Assembly: GCA_019358935.1 (NCBI GenBank)
Contig: JAHHIK010000060.1
Location: 1-50,729 of the forward strand
Length of the DNA: 50,729 nt
Source of the DNA: Tolypothrix carrinoi HA7290-LM1
GTDB taxonomy: Bacteria; Cyanobacteriota; Cyanobacteriia; Cyanobacteriales; Nostocaceae
Direction: 5' to 3'
Positions 20,391 to 30,535 of this stretch are shown in pieces. The notes under the pieces are model-generated. The model did not search any database. It worked only from the letters and a program-made list of their open reading frames with translations, and had not been told where the DNA came from. A program made the translations under genes and the position numbers. Positions within the stretch are counted from its first letter, which is position 1. Each line of letters opens with the position of its first letter.

Positions 20391-20902
20391 CCGCACTTCT
20401 ATTAATTAGTAGGTAGATTATCTTGCCCTGAGATAGTCGCATTACTTTCGAGCGTGCATAATACTTTCTATACGTGTAAAGAATGATTGCGTACTCGATA
20501 CAGTTTATAGGTAAAAAACGATCTATAGGAGGTTTACAACTGTCAAATAACATGCTTTCGTCAAGCTGTTTGACACTAGGAGGGTGCGGCGAATGACATT
20601 TTTCTTGCTTTTCAAGAAGTTTTTCACGTCCTTTGTCTGATTTATTTATGGCAACGATGAACGCGATCGCCATATACATAATGTGCTAATTTTTGGAATG
20701 ATGTATTTTTAGCAGAAAAACACGTCAAATCAAGTAAATGTATAAAACTTATGTAAAGCGAATAAATAAATTTGATAAAAGTTTCTCTGTCGCTTCTTCT
20801 CAAGTGTAAAATGTAAAAAATAAGCATTTAGATCGCGCATCGCAGACACCTTTAAATGATGGGTGCTTTTTTTATGGACAGGGAAATAAAGACAAGCATT
20901 TC

Positions 20903-23053
20903 ATGAAATACGTTAACGTTTTACAATACAGTGAAGAAGATTGTGGTGCTGCTTGTCTAGCTTCTATTGCCAAACATTATGGACGTACTTTTACCCTAAA
21001 TCATATCCGTGAAGCCGTAGGCACTGGACAATTAGGCACAACTATGTTAGGGCTGAAACGGGGAGCAGAAACACTTGGGTTTAATGCTCGTGCTGTGAAA
21101 ACTTCAAAAGAATTATTAAATAAAATTAATCAAGCACCCCTACCAGCAATTATTCACTGGAAAGGGAATCACTGGGTTATTTTATATGGCAAGAAAGGTA
21201 AAAAATGTGTAGTTGCCGATCCAGCGGTAGGTGTTCGTTATCTTTCATTTGAAGAGGTAGCAGAAAGTTGGACAGATTACTTGATGTTGTTACTGGAACC
21301 CGATCCAGTAAAGTTTTTTGCCAACGACAATGACGAAATTGGTGGGTTTTGGCGTTTCTTTAAGCGCGTTTGGATTTATCACGGTATTTTAGCGCAAGCT
21401 TTACCCCTCAACTTAATCTTGGGATTGCTATCTTTAGCTTCCCCTTTTTTGCTGCAAATCCTCACAGATGATGTGCTGGTTCGAGGTGATACAAAGTTAC
21501 TTACTACTGTAGCAATTTCTGTAGTAGTGATGAATTTCATTTCTCGCAGTCTTTCGTTTGTGCAGTCTAATTTAATTGCTCACTTTGCCCAACGTCTGCA
21601 ATTAGGATTAGTTCTGGAATTTGCACGGCAAATTCTGCGATTACCTCTTTCTTACTACGAAGCGCGTCGCAGTGGTGAAATCGTTAGTCGTTTGCGAGAT
21701 ATTAACCAAATTAATCAATTAGTCGCTCAAGTTGTAGTTAGTTTGCCCAGCCAATTTTTTCTTGCGCTGGTTTCTTTTGGTTTCATGGTTTTCTATAGCT
21801 GGAAACTAACATTAGTGGCTGTATTCATCGCTATAGTCATGAGTTTATCTACAATAGTCTTCCAGCCAACTTTGCAACAAAAAACCCGTGAACTTTTAGT
21901 TCAAGAAGCTGAAACCCAAGGTGTTTTAGTAGAAACTTTTAAAGGCGCACTTACTCTCAAAACTACCACATCGGGACTACAATTTTGGGATGAATTCCAA
22001 GTTCGATTTGGTCGTCTTGCTAATGTTACATACCGGACAATTCAGATTGGAATTATTAATAATACATTTTCTGGCTTGATTTCTGGTATTGGTAGCGTTA
22101 TTTTGCTTTGGGTCGGCGGCAATTTGGTAATTAACCCAGCAGAAAATTTGAGTATAGGGCAGCTATTTGCATTTAACTCGATGAATGGCAATTTTGTCGC
22201 CTTAATTAGTACTATAATCAGTTTTGTCGATGAATTTACTCGTGCAAAAACAGCTACCCAACGCTTAACAGAAGTTATAGATGCAACCCCAGAAAATAAA
22301 GATGATGGCAAAAAGCCTTTTGCAAATATTCCTGGAGATGTTGACATTATTTGTACAAAGGTTAACTTTCATTATGCTGGTAGGTTGGATTTAATAGAGG
22401 ACTTTTCTTTAACTATTCCCGGTGGTAAAGTTGTTGCGATCATCGGGAAATCTGGTTGTGGTAAAAGCACTTTAGCTAAACTGATCGCTGGGTTATATCC
22501 GGTGGAATCTGGGAATATTCGGATGGGACTTTATAATCAACAAGACCTTTCTCTTGATTGTCTCAGGCAGCAGGTGGTTCTTGTTCCCCAAGAGCCTCAC
22601 TTTTGGAGCCGTTCTATTGTGGAGAACTTTCGCTTAGGAGCACCATTTGTAACCTTTGAGCAGATTGTCAGAGCTTGTAAAGTTGCTGAAGCTGATGAAT
22701 TTATCAGTAAATTGCCTGAGAAATATCAAACTATTTTAGGGGAGTTTGGTGCAAATATTTCTGGCGGGCAACGTCAAAGATTGGCAATAGCAAGAGCGAT
22801 TGTTACAGAACCACCAATTCTTATTTTAGATGAATCGACTGGTGGATTAGATCCAGTGAGTGAAGCGCAAGTTTTAGATCAATTGTTTAAGCATCGTCGG
22901 GGTAAAACCACTATTTTAATTACTCACCGTCCCAAGGTAGTTAATCGGGCTGATTGGATTGTATTGTTAGATCAAGGCAAGTTGAAAATTCAAGGTTCTC
23001 TAGAAGAGTTACTTTCTCAACCAGGAGACCATATAAACTTTTTAATTCCTTAA
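20903..23053 (+). CDS. C39 peptidase-containing ABC exporter (PCAT)
   Basis: QYSEEDCGAAC, HWKGNHWV, ADPA; TM domain; GKSGCGKS, ISGGQRQR, LDEST. Confidence 0.95.
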   Translation: MKYVNVLQYSEEDCGAACLASIAKHYGRTFTLNHIREAVGTGQLGTTMLGLKRGAETLGFNARAVKTSKELLNKINQAPLPAIIHWKGNHWVILYGKKGKKCVVADPAVGVRYLSFEEVAESWTDYLMLLLEPDPVKFFANDNDEIGGFWRFFKRVWIYHGILAQALPLNLILGLLSLASPFLLQILTDDVLVRGDTKLLTTVAISVVVMNFISRSLSFVQSNLIAHFAQRLQLGLVLEFARQILRLPLSYYEARRSGEIVSRLRDINQINQLVAQVVVSLPSQFFLALVSFGFMVFYSWKLTLVAVFIAIVMSLSTIVFQPTLQQKTRELLVQEAETQGVLVETFKGALTLKTTTSGLQFWDEFQVRFGRLANVTYRTIQIGIINNTFSGLISGIGSVILLWVGGNLVINPAENLSIGQLFAFNSMNGNFVALISTIISFVDEFTRAKTATQRLTEVIDATPENKDDGKKPFANIPGDVDIICTKVNFHYAGRLDLIEDFSLTIPGGKVVAIIGKSGCGKSTLAKLIAGLYPVESGNIRMGLYNQQDLSLDCLRQQVVLVPQEPHFWSRSIVENFRLGAPFVTFEQIVRACKVAEADEFISKLPEKYQTILGEFGANISGGQRQRLAIARAIVTEPPILILDESTGGLDPVSEAQVLDQLFKHRRGKTTILITHRPKVVNRADWIVLLDQGKLKIQGSLEELLSQPGDHINFLIP

Positions 23054-23079
23054 TTATTTGTTATTTATTAAGATTGACA

Positions 23080-24480
23080 ATGTTTCACACCCATGAGAAA
23101 AAATTACTTCCCGGAACTGATGGTCAGGAGTTTCTGCCTCCTATTAGTCCTTGGACATCATTAACCGGAATATTTCTAGTTGGGACTGTTTGTAGTGCGA
23201 TCGCTCTTTCTTCTTGGGTGAAATACAATGTCATAGTCAAAGCTGCTGGCACTGTGCGTCCTACAGGAGATGTCCGGGTAGTGCAAGCGGATATGGAAGG
23301 AAGCGTTAAAAATATCTTTGTTAAAGAAAATCAGAATGTGAAAAAAGGTGATGCGATCGCTATCTTGGATGACGAGCAACTACGCATCAAAAAAAGCCAA
23401 CTGCAAGGCAATATCCAACAAGGTATGTTGCAACTAATTCAAATTAATGCTCAAATCAGAACTTTAGATACTCAGATTAAGGCTGAATCTACAGTGATAG
23501 AGCGCTCAGTTTCTGCTGCAACAGCGGATTTGGAACGCAACCAACGCGAATATCAAGAGCGAACAAGTACAACTAATAACGAATTGCTAGCAGCTCAAGC
23601 AGACTTACAAAAAGCTAATTTAGATTTGCAAAAAGCCAAAGCAGATTTAGAATTTGCGGCTGTCGATCGCGATCGCTACGAGGAGCTTTCACGAAATGGT
23701 GCAATTGGTAAGCGTGAATTTGAGCAGAAAAAACTAATTGTTGTGCAAACAAAATCAATACTCGAAACACAAAAAAAATCTATTGAAATCGCCAAAGCGA
23801 AAGTTGCATCAGCCAAAGTCGCTCTTAATCCTAGTAAGGCAACAGTAGCGATCGCGCTCGGAAAAATTGCTCAAGAAAAAGCCAGAGGTGAATCAACTAT
23901 CGCTACTTTGAATAAAGAAAAACAAGCTTTAATTCAGCGGCAAGCCGAAATGCAAAACCAAATAAATCAATCTAACAAAGAACTGCAACAACTTAAAACT
24001 TTATTCAAAAATAGCACGATTCGGGCAACGAGTGACGGCATTATCCTTAAATTAAATTTACGCAACTCTGGTCAAGTAGTACAGAAGAGCGAATCTATTG
24101 CCGAAATTGTTCCTGATAATGCTCCTCTATTAATTAAAGCAGCTATACCTACTACCGAAATTAAAAAGGTCGCAATTGGTCAAAAAGTGCAATTGCGAGT
24201 TGATGCTTGCCCTTATCCTGATTACGGTACTCTTAAAGGTGCTGTCAACGCTATTTCTCCAGATGCGATCGCACCTCAAACTAATAATACAGGTGCAGCA
24301 ACACCTACTGCCGCTAGCTATTTTGAAGTGACAATTAAACCGGAAAGCCGTTCATTTGGAAATAGCTCAAGCCAGTGTCTAATCCAAGCAGGAATGGATG
24401 CCAAAGCTGACATTATTTCAAAAGAAGAAACTGCACTGCAATTTATCCTCAGAAAAACACGGTTAACTACAGATTTGTGA
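23080..24480 (+). CDS. HlyD-family membrane fusion protein
   Basis: Single TM, lipoyl-like halves (VKENQNVKKGD; IRATSDG), long coiled coil, CPYPDYGTLKG. Confidence 0.93.
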   Translation: MFHTHEKKLLPGTDGQEFLPPISPWTSLTGIFLVGTVCSAIALSSWVKYNVIVKAAGTVRPTGDVRVVQADMEGSVKNIFVKENQNVKKGDAIAILDDEQLRIKKSQLQGNIQQGMLQLIQINAQIRTLDTQIKAESTVIERSVSAATADLERNQREYQERTSTTNNELLAAQADLQKANLDLQKAKADLEFAAVDRDRYEELSRNGAIGKREFEQKKLIVVQTKSILETQKKSIEIAKAKVASAKVALNPSKATVAIALGKIAQEKARGESTIATLNKEKQALIQRQAEMQNQINQSNKELQQLKTLFKNSTIRATSDGIILKLNLRNSGQVVQKSESIAEIVPDNAPLLIKAAIPTTEIKKVAIGQKVQLRVDACPYPDYGTLKGAVNAISPDAIAPQTNNTGAATPTAASYFEVTIKPESRSFGNSSSQCLIQAGMDAKADIISKEETALQFILRKTRLTTDL

Positions 24481-24521
24481 GCAGTTATCAACTCAAAGAA
24501 AGACAAAAATTTCTCTTTATT

Positions 24522-24789
24522 AGGGAGCATTCCAATGCGTGCAAAAAGCCCGCAGGCTATAAGCCTGGATGCCAGGTGCGCGTCTGCCGGGAAACCCTTT
24601 GGTGCAGTCGCTCATGGGGGAAACCCCCAAGACCGCGCTGCTTCACCAACGCACTGGCTCGGCTACACGGACAAAGCCCACCAAGGTGGGCTACAAGAGT
24701 TCCTAGCCCACCTTGGTGGGCTTCGTTTGTATAGCCGCACCCTTTTAGGGTGTCGGGTAAAATATTTATTCAAAATTGGGATGCTCCCT
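24522..24789. mobile_element. MITE carrying REP-like palindromes and nested dispersed repeats
   Basis: TIRs AGGGAGCATTCCAAT ... ATTGGGATGCTCCCT; internal AGCCCACCAAGGTGGGCT/AGCCCACCTTGGTGGGCT. Confidence 0.7.
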
Positions 24790-24803
24790 TTTATTACCGC
24801 GCA

Positions 24804-25148
24804 TCAGCAATACCAACCATCTCCATCAGCATTAGGCTTGCCTTTAATTGTCAAATTTAGAGATTCTAAATAAGTCAGACCACTGCTAATCTGTGATGGG
24901 GTTCCTTGAAGTTCTAGGTCAAAACATCCATATCCATCTGTATTTTCTCCTAACATTGCTTTAGTAATATTCACAACTAAACCATGAGCAGAAATTAACC
25001 GCGAAATCACAGGTTCTTGCTGATAGCATTGGGGAATATGTAAGCGCAAACGAACTTTAGTCAGATTATTTTTTTGCAAAACTGGGGAAATCAAAGATGG
25101 TCTGGTTAAAAGTGAAACTTTATGTTTATTAAATTTATTCATTTTCAA
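24804..25148 (-). CDS. Stand-alone NIL-domain protein
   Basis: RLRLHIP..YQQEPVISRLIS.HGLVVNIT.A.L....G.FDLELQG; ends DGDGWYC. Confidence 0.85.
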   Translation of the reverse strand: MKMNKFNKHKVSLLTRPSLISPVLQKNNLTKVRLRLHIPQCYQQEPVISRLISAHGLVVNITKAMLGENTDGYGCFDLELQGTPSQISSGLTYLESLNLTIKGKPNADGDGWYC

Positions 25149-25781
25149 TTAATTGCTATCAGGAATTGAAACTAACCAAAGCGGTAACTTTAATTTTTCT
25201 AAGTAATTTAGACTAGCGCGAAGTTGCTGCGGTCTACCCCACAAATCTAAGTCAAACCAACCATCATCTTGCATGTTGGGATTTAGCATAGCACTGGTGA
25301 TGTTGACTGTGAGCATATAATGAGAAACTAATTCGGAAATTATCGGTTTATGGTAATAGTTTTTCAAGATGCACAGTTGCAAACGCACTCGATTTGTTTG
25401 AGCGATCGCATTATATATTGGTTCTTGTTTCAACAAAGTTGATGCAGATTCTCTTAGGGTTAAATTGCTTTTTTCGTTAGGGAAAGCCTGAGTGTTTCCT
25501 GATTTAATGTGATTTTTGATCGCTAATTGCAGCAAATCCACACCCAATCCTTGTAAGTAGGATAGCGAATAAGCCAATTCTGGGGGATTTCCGGAAAGTT
25601 CTAGGTCAAACCAGCCATCATCCTTACTGTCTGATGTCAGCGATGCTGCGGTAATATTGACGGTTAAATTATAGCGAGATACTAGCCGGGAAATTATCGG
25701 TTGTCTATTATACCGCTGGGGTATGCGAATCCGGCTGTGGACTGGAGCAGGTTTTTCAAAGTTGCACAAAAGACATTGCAC
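25149..25781 (-). CDS. Tandem two-NIL-domain protein (start uncertain)
   Basis: Two copies of PIISxLVSxYxLTVNIT.A....DDGWFDL.L.G. Confidence 0.85.
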   Translation of the reverse strand: MQCLLCNFEKPAPVHSRIRIPQRYNRQPIISRLVSRYNLTVNITAASLTSDSKDDGWFDLELSGNPPELAYSLSYLQGLGVDLLQLAIKNHIKSGNTQAFPNEKSNLTLRESASTLLKQEPIYNAIAQTNRVRLQLCILKNYYHKPIISELVSHYMLTVNITSAMLNPNMQDDGWFDLDLWGRPQQLRASLNYLEKLKLPLWLVSIPDSN

Positions 25782-25819
25782 TCCTTCACGATGATGAATT
25801 GCTTTTCTCGGTGATTATT

Positions 25820-25844
25820 AATCTACGGTAAATTTATCGAGTTA
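25820..25844 (+). promoter_or_regulatory. Putative operator box AATCTACGGTAAATTTATCGAGTTA upstream of the NIL pair
   Basis: Same consensus as 19413-19436. Confidence 0.72.
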
Positions 25845-26130
25845 CAGTATTTACTACTTATGTAAAGGAATTTAGCACAAGAGCGACTAAAAAACAATGC
25901 CCTAATGGTGCTGAATATATAGTAAATGGGGTGGGGCAATAAGCATGGGGTATGGTAAATTACAACAAAAAATGCCCAAGTGCGTTCCGCAACGTTGCGG
26001 TACTCCGCATCGTCTGAACAATCAGCATGAGAGCATTATTTTTGTAAAATTTTTTATCTGCGATCGCTTTATTGGTTACAACTTGCAGAGCGAAATAATA
26101 AAGCCTTGGTTCAAGACAGAGACTTTTTTG

Positions 26131-26454
26131 TTACCAAATTGGCTGCCAGCCTTCCCTAAGTGCGGCACCAAAGTAATTATGGGCATGAGTTTCGTTTTCA
26201 AAGCCGTACTTTGCACGTTGTAGTGTTCGGATTATCGCGTCTTCAAGACAAATAGCGTAAGTGATTGCTTTTGTTAGTTCCGGGTCGGAGAGATTGATAC
26301 CAAGCTCCTCTAATTGCTCCTGGTACTTTAAAAGAATTTCTGACTCAATCTCTTCCCAAAGTTCTTTCTGTGGTGGTTCTTTTTTAGGTATTTCACCTAA
26401 ATATTCTCTGGCTGCTCTGCTAAGTCTGGCAATTTCCTCTGGTGATAATTGCAT
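26131..26454 (-). CDS. Hypothetical acidic 107-aa protein
   Basis: ATG-started ORF, protein-like composition; no family recognised. Confidence 0.65.
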   Translation of the reverse strand: MQLSPEEIARLSRAAREYLGEIPKKEPPQKELWEEIESEILLKYQEQLEELGINLSDPELTKAITYAICLEDAIIRTLQRAKYGFENETHAHNYFGAALREGWQPIW

Positions 26455-26614
26455 ATTGTTCTAGGTGGCTGATACGCTGTCTTTACGCAGTAACAAAAAC
26501 CGAAAACAGAAAAAGTTTCTTTAAGTTTTATCTTACAGCATTATAGTTTAGGCTTATATCCCGCCATTAGGTTAAAACCTCTGGCTGGTAGCGTGCATTC
26601 CTCGCGCATAGGAC

Positions 26615-26757
26615 TATAGCGGTTCTCACTTCGGTGCAATACAGTCGTTACCTCACCCCGTATTTGAATTGTGCAAACACTCCCCTCTACGCAGTGTAAG
26701 GAGAGGGGTTGGGGGTGAGGTTAAAAAATGTACTTCATGCAAACGAGAACCGCTATA
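26615..26757. mobile_element. 143-bp TA-flanked MITE
   Basis: TIRs TATAGCGGTTCTC ... GAGAACCGCTATA; internal ACCTCACCCC...GGGGTGAGGT and CCCCTCT...AGAGGGG stems. Confidence 0.75.
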
Positions 26758-26847
26758 TTAAGGGTTTTAGTCCATTTGAATGGACTTGTGCTAAAGCCTG
26801 TGAATTTAAATTCCGGGCAGGTCATCAGGTTGTAGCAAGATGTGGAT

Positions 26848-27117
26848 TTACCAAATACCTGTTTCGCTGTTGTTATCCCAGATTTGCAAATCCAAGTCAT
26901 GGAGATAGCCTAAAGCTCGGTCAATTTGTCCAATTGTGCCTTGTAAATCTAAGTCAAACCAACCATCACCAACAGCATTGGCGCCGAGAACAGCAGCAGT
27001 GATATTTACAGTCAAACCGTAATCAGACACCAAGCGAGAAATCACAGGTTGAGAGTGATAGTCTTTAGGAATTCTTAAGCGAATCCGTTTATGGGCGATC
27101 GCAATGTCATTAGCCAT
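26848..27117 (-). CDS. Stand-alone NIL-domain protein at the end of the sbpA-cysT-cysW run
   Basis: RIRLRIP.DYHSQPVISRLVSDYGLTVNITAAVLG...GDGWFDLDLQG. Confidence 0.88.
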   Translation of the reverse strand: MANDIAIAHKRIRLRIPKDYHSQPVISRLVSDYGLTVNITAAVLGANAVGDGWFDLDLQGTIGQIDRALGYLHDLDLQIWDNNSETGIW

Positions 27118-27119
27118 AA

Positions 27120-27445
27120 TGGATAGTGGTTGGTGGATAGTGGTGAGGCAGCGCGGTCTTGGGGAGGCAGTGCGTTGGGGAGGCAGTGCGTTGGACGGGT
27201 TTCCCGGCAGACGCGCACCTGCCGTCGGGTTTCCCGACTTGAAGCATCTGCCGTGGTTTCCCCCATGAGCGACTGCCGAACCCGAAGGGATGGTGGATGG
27301 TGGATAGTGGATAGTGGTTGGTGGTTAGTAATTGGTCGATAGTGGTTGGTAGTTGGTGGTTAGTCGATAAGAGTACTTTTTGACAACGCTCCAACTATCA
27401 ACTATCAACGCTCCAACTATCAACTATCAACGCTCCCACTATCAA
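27120..27445. repeat. STRR array with a triple-nested dispersed repeat (27145-27289)
   Basis: Three GAGGCAG(C/T)GCG left arms followed by three CTGCCG right arms. Confidence 0.88.
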
Positions 27446-27453
27446 CAAACATC

Positions 27454-28341
27454 CTATTCAACATCTTTAATGCGGGTTTTCCGTTCAAGAATCTCCTTCA
27501 ACACCAAGGTGACAACTGCTAGCAACGCTAACAATACAGCAGCAGAGTAGGCAGCTTCGGTTTCATACTGCTTGTAAGCGTCTTCGACAAATAAAGGTAA
27601 ACTTTGAGTTTTATCGGCAATGTTTCCCGAAACTACGGATACAGCTCCGAATTCACCCATTGCTCTGGCATTTGTCAAAATTACACCATATAATAAGCCC
27701 CAGCGGATACTTGGCAAAGTGACGCGCCAAAATATCTGCCAATCCTCTGCACCCAATGTTCTGGCTGCTTCTTCTTGGTCTTTGCCGAATTCTTCTAAAA
27801 CCGGAATCACTTCACGGGCAACAAAGGGCATGGTAACAAATGCTGTAGCCAACACCATACCCGGAAAGGCAAAGATAACCTTGATATCATGAGCCTGGAG
27901 CCAACCGCCAAACCATCCATTTCGCCCGTAGAGCAGCACAATCATCAAACCTGCGACCACGGGGGAGATAGAAAAAGGTAGGTCAATAATGCTGAGAATG
28001 AAAGCGCGACCGGGGAATTTGTGACGGGTGATCGCCCAAGCTGCACATAAACCAAATACTGTATTTAAAGGTACAGTAATTACAGCTAGTATCAGTGTCA
28101 ACCAAGCTGCATGAAGAAAGGCAGGACGGGTTAAGTTGGAGAGAAATGGACCAAACCCTTTTTTGAAAGCTTGGAAAAAGACGTTAGCAGCAGGGATGTA
28201 GAGAACTAAAGCTAAATAGGCGATCGCTATCCCAATTAAAATAATTGGCATCCAATCCCTCGATTTAACAGGTCTTTGCGGCTTTGGATCTGCTGCACCT
28301 GAATGAATCCGAGGTGGAAAAGAGGCTTCATTTTGTGTCAT
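27454..28341 (-). CDS. cysW: Sulfate ABC transporter permease CysW
   Basis: [47 protein letters not shown]. Confidence 0.96.
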   Translation of the reverse strand: MTQNEASFPPRIHSGAADPKPQRPVKSRDWMPIILIGIAIAYLALVLYIPAANVFFQAFKKGFGPFLSNLTRPAFLHAAWLTLILAVITVPLNTVFGLCAAWAITRHKFPGRAFILSIIDLPFSISPVVAGLMIVLLYGRNGWFGGWLQAHDIKVIFAFPGMVLATAFVTMPFVAREVIPVLEEFGKDQEEAARTLGAEDWQIFWRVTLPSIRWGLLYGVILTNARAMGEFGAVSVVSGNIADKTQSLPLFVEDAYKQYETEAAYSAAVLLALLAVVTLVLKEILERKTRIKDVE

Positions 28342-29212
28342 ATCTTCTTGCCCAAGCTTGTAAAAGATTAATTCCCACTAACAACACCAAGGAAATCAGC
28401 AGTAACACAGTACCAATTACAGTTGCCCCAGAATAGTCATACTGCTCTAATCGCTGGAAAATTAGTACTGGTGCAATCAAATCTTTAAACGGAGTATTGG
28501 AAGCGATAATCACCGTTGAGCCATACTCCCCAACTGCACGAGAGAAACCCAAGGCAATACCTGTCAAAATGGTCGGAAATAAAGGCGGAAAAATCACCTT
28601 CCAGAAAGTCTCCCATTGAGTTGCACCCAAACTCCAGGCAGCTTCTTCAATTTCGCGTTCCATTTCCTGAAGTACAGGTTGCACTGTCCGCACGACAAAG
28701 GGCAGCGAGATATACGTCATTGCCACTGCTACACCCAGACGGGTGAAAGATACTTTGATACCTAAGGGTGCTAGTAAGGAGCCAAGCCAGCCATTATCGC
28801 TGTAAACTGTTGCCAGAGTTAACCCCGCAACCGCTGACGGCAGCGCAAAGGGTAAATCTACTGAGGCTTCAACAATCCGTTTCAAGGGAAATTTATAACG
28901 AACCAAAACCCAAGCAATGAGAGTACCAAAGACCCCATTAAACAGAGATGCAATTACTGACGTGGTAAAAGTGACATCATAAGTTGCCAGTGCGATCGGA
29001 CTAGTCGCGATTTGCCAAAACTTAGCCGGGGGTTCGGTACCGGCTTTCAGGAACATCGCGGCTATCGGGACGAACAACATTACCGTGAGGTATCCCACAG
29101 TAATTCGCCACGTCCAAGGAATTCTAGACAAATTACTTAAGAATTTCTTCCACACCGGCGGTTCTGGGGGAATGATTTGCCGAGGAGAAGAACGAGGTGA
29201 GGAGACAGCCAT
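28328..29212 (-). CDS. cysT: Sulfate ABC transporter permease CysT
   Basis: [44 protein letters not shown]. Confidence 0.96.
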   Translation of the reverse strand: MAVSSPRSSPRQIIPPEPPVWKKFLSNLSRIPWTWRITVGYLTVMLFVPIAAMFLKAGTEPPAKFWQIATSPIALATYDVTFTTSVIASLFNGVFGTLIAWVLVRYKFPLKRIVEASVDLPFALPSAVAGLTLATVYSDNGWLGSLLAPLGIKVSFTRLGVAVAMTYISLPFVVRTVQPVLQEMEREIEEAAWSLGATQWETFWKVIFPPLFPTILTGIALGFSRAVGEYGSTVIIASNTPFKDLIAPVLIFQRLEQYDYSGATVIGTVLLLISLVLLVGINLLQAWARRYDTK

Positions 29213-29307
29213 AAAGTAGCTTCAAATTGCAAATTTAATTGACGTGTTTGGGCTAAAGGGGAAACGTGGGTACGCAAAAAATCACTCTTGACTCTTTCTT
29301 AAGTTTT

Positions 29308-29335
29308 GTACAGACGCAATTAGTAGCGTCTGTAC
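29308..29335. terminator. Stem-loop between sbpA and cysT (attenuating/stabilising hairpin or REP)
   Basis: GTACAGACGC-AATTAGTA-GCGTCTGTAC perfect 10-bp stem. Confidence 0.55.
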
Positions 29336-29349
29336 TGACTTTTGATTAA

Positions 29350-30510
29350 TTACCGTTTCCTTTGGGCTTGAATATTGTCAAAAAGAGCACCATCTGCAAA
29401 GAACTTCTTATCGGCTGCATTCCAACCGCCCAACTCGTCAATTGTACCTAGAGTTTTCACCTTGGTATACTTGTCGGCGATTTCTTTGAGTTCTTTATTT
29501 TGTGCTACCGCTTCATCTAGGGGTCGGAATCCCAATTTGGCAAACTCTTGCTGTGCTTCTGGAGTATAGAGGTATTTGACAAAACCTTCTGCTACTTGCC
29601 TTGTGCCGTGCTTATCGACGTTTTTATCTACAACTGCGATCGGATTGTCGATAGAGATATTTACCTCAGGAACGACATAATTCACCTTCTCGCCTTTTTG
29701 TTGTGCCAAGACAATTTCGTTTTCGTAGTTAATTAAGGCATCTCCCTGACCTTGCTTGGCAAATGTATCAGTTGCTTCACGGGCATCCTTAGTCAAGATT
29801 GGCACATTGCTATATACTTTGGTCACAAACTGAGTCGCTTTAGCCTCATCTCCCCCAGTTTTAATCACTGAATTCCACAGTGCCAAGAAATTCCACTTGG
29901 CAATACCCGATGTTTTGGGGTCAGCAGTAATCAGTTTTACATCGTTTTTCGCTAAATCTTCCCAAGTCTTGATGCCTTTGGGGTTGCCCTCTCGTGTAAC
30001 TAATGCGGCAACAGTTTTAGAGACAATGCCATTGTTGGGGAATTCTTTTTCCCATCCAGGCTGAATTAGTCCAGCCTTCTCAATTTTTTGAGTGTCTCCT
30101 GCTAATGCCAAGTGGACGACATCCGCTTCTAAACCGTCGATAACAGCGCGAGTTTGCGAACCAGATCCGCCATAGCTTTGTTTGAAGGTGACGTTTTGGT
30201 TATGGTCTTTTTTCCACTGTTCGACAAATTTAGGAATAATTGCTTCGTGAACCGCTTTGGTGACTGCAAAGGAAACGAGGGTTAGTTCAACGTCTTTGTT
30301 GTTAGCTGCAACAGTACTAGCACCAGAATTTCCTGCATTGCTATTGGCATTATCGGCATTTCCACCAGAACAGGAGGCGATCGCTACACTCAATATCGCT
30401 CCCACCAAAAACATCGATACAAAGCCTTTGAAGGAACGCAACCTGAGTCTGCGGCTCAAATGCTCAATGGTCAGTCCCGATTGCTTAACTCGGCGTTGCC
30501 ATAAACTCAT
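29350..30510 (-). CDS. sbpA: Periplasmic sulfate-binding lipoprotein
   Basis: Lipobox IASC, QSYGGSGSQTRAVIDGLEADVV, DPKTSG, NYENE. Confidence 0.95.
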   Translation of the reverse strand: MSLWQRRVKQSGLTIEHLSRRLRLRSFKGFVSMFLVGAILSVAIASCSGGNADNANSNAGNSGASTVAANNKDVELTLVSFAVTKAVHEAIIPKFVEQWKKDHNQNVTFKQSYGGSGSQTRAVIDGLEADVVHLALAGDTQKIEKAGLIQPGWEKEFPNNGIVSKTVAALVTREGNPKGIKTWEDLAKNDVKLITADPKTSGIAKWNFLALWNSVIKTGGDEAKATQFVTKVYSNVPILTKDAREATDTFAKQGQGDALINYENEIVLAQQKGEKVNYVVPEVNISIDNPIAVVDKNVDKHGTRQVAEGFVKYLYTPEAQQEFAKLGFRPLDEAVAQNKELKEIADKYTKVKTLGTIDELGGWNAADKKFFADGALFDNIQAQRKR

Positions 30511-30535
30511 TTCTTATACTCCTATCAATCTACTC

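Noticed and set aside
20242..20679. 145-aa minus-strand ORF as a bacteriocin precursor
   Set aside because: No double-glycine leader; its repetitive part derives from the 21-nt repeat.
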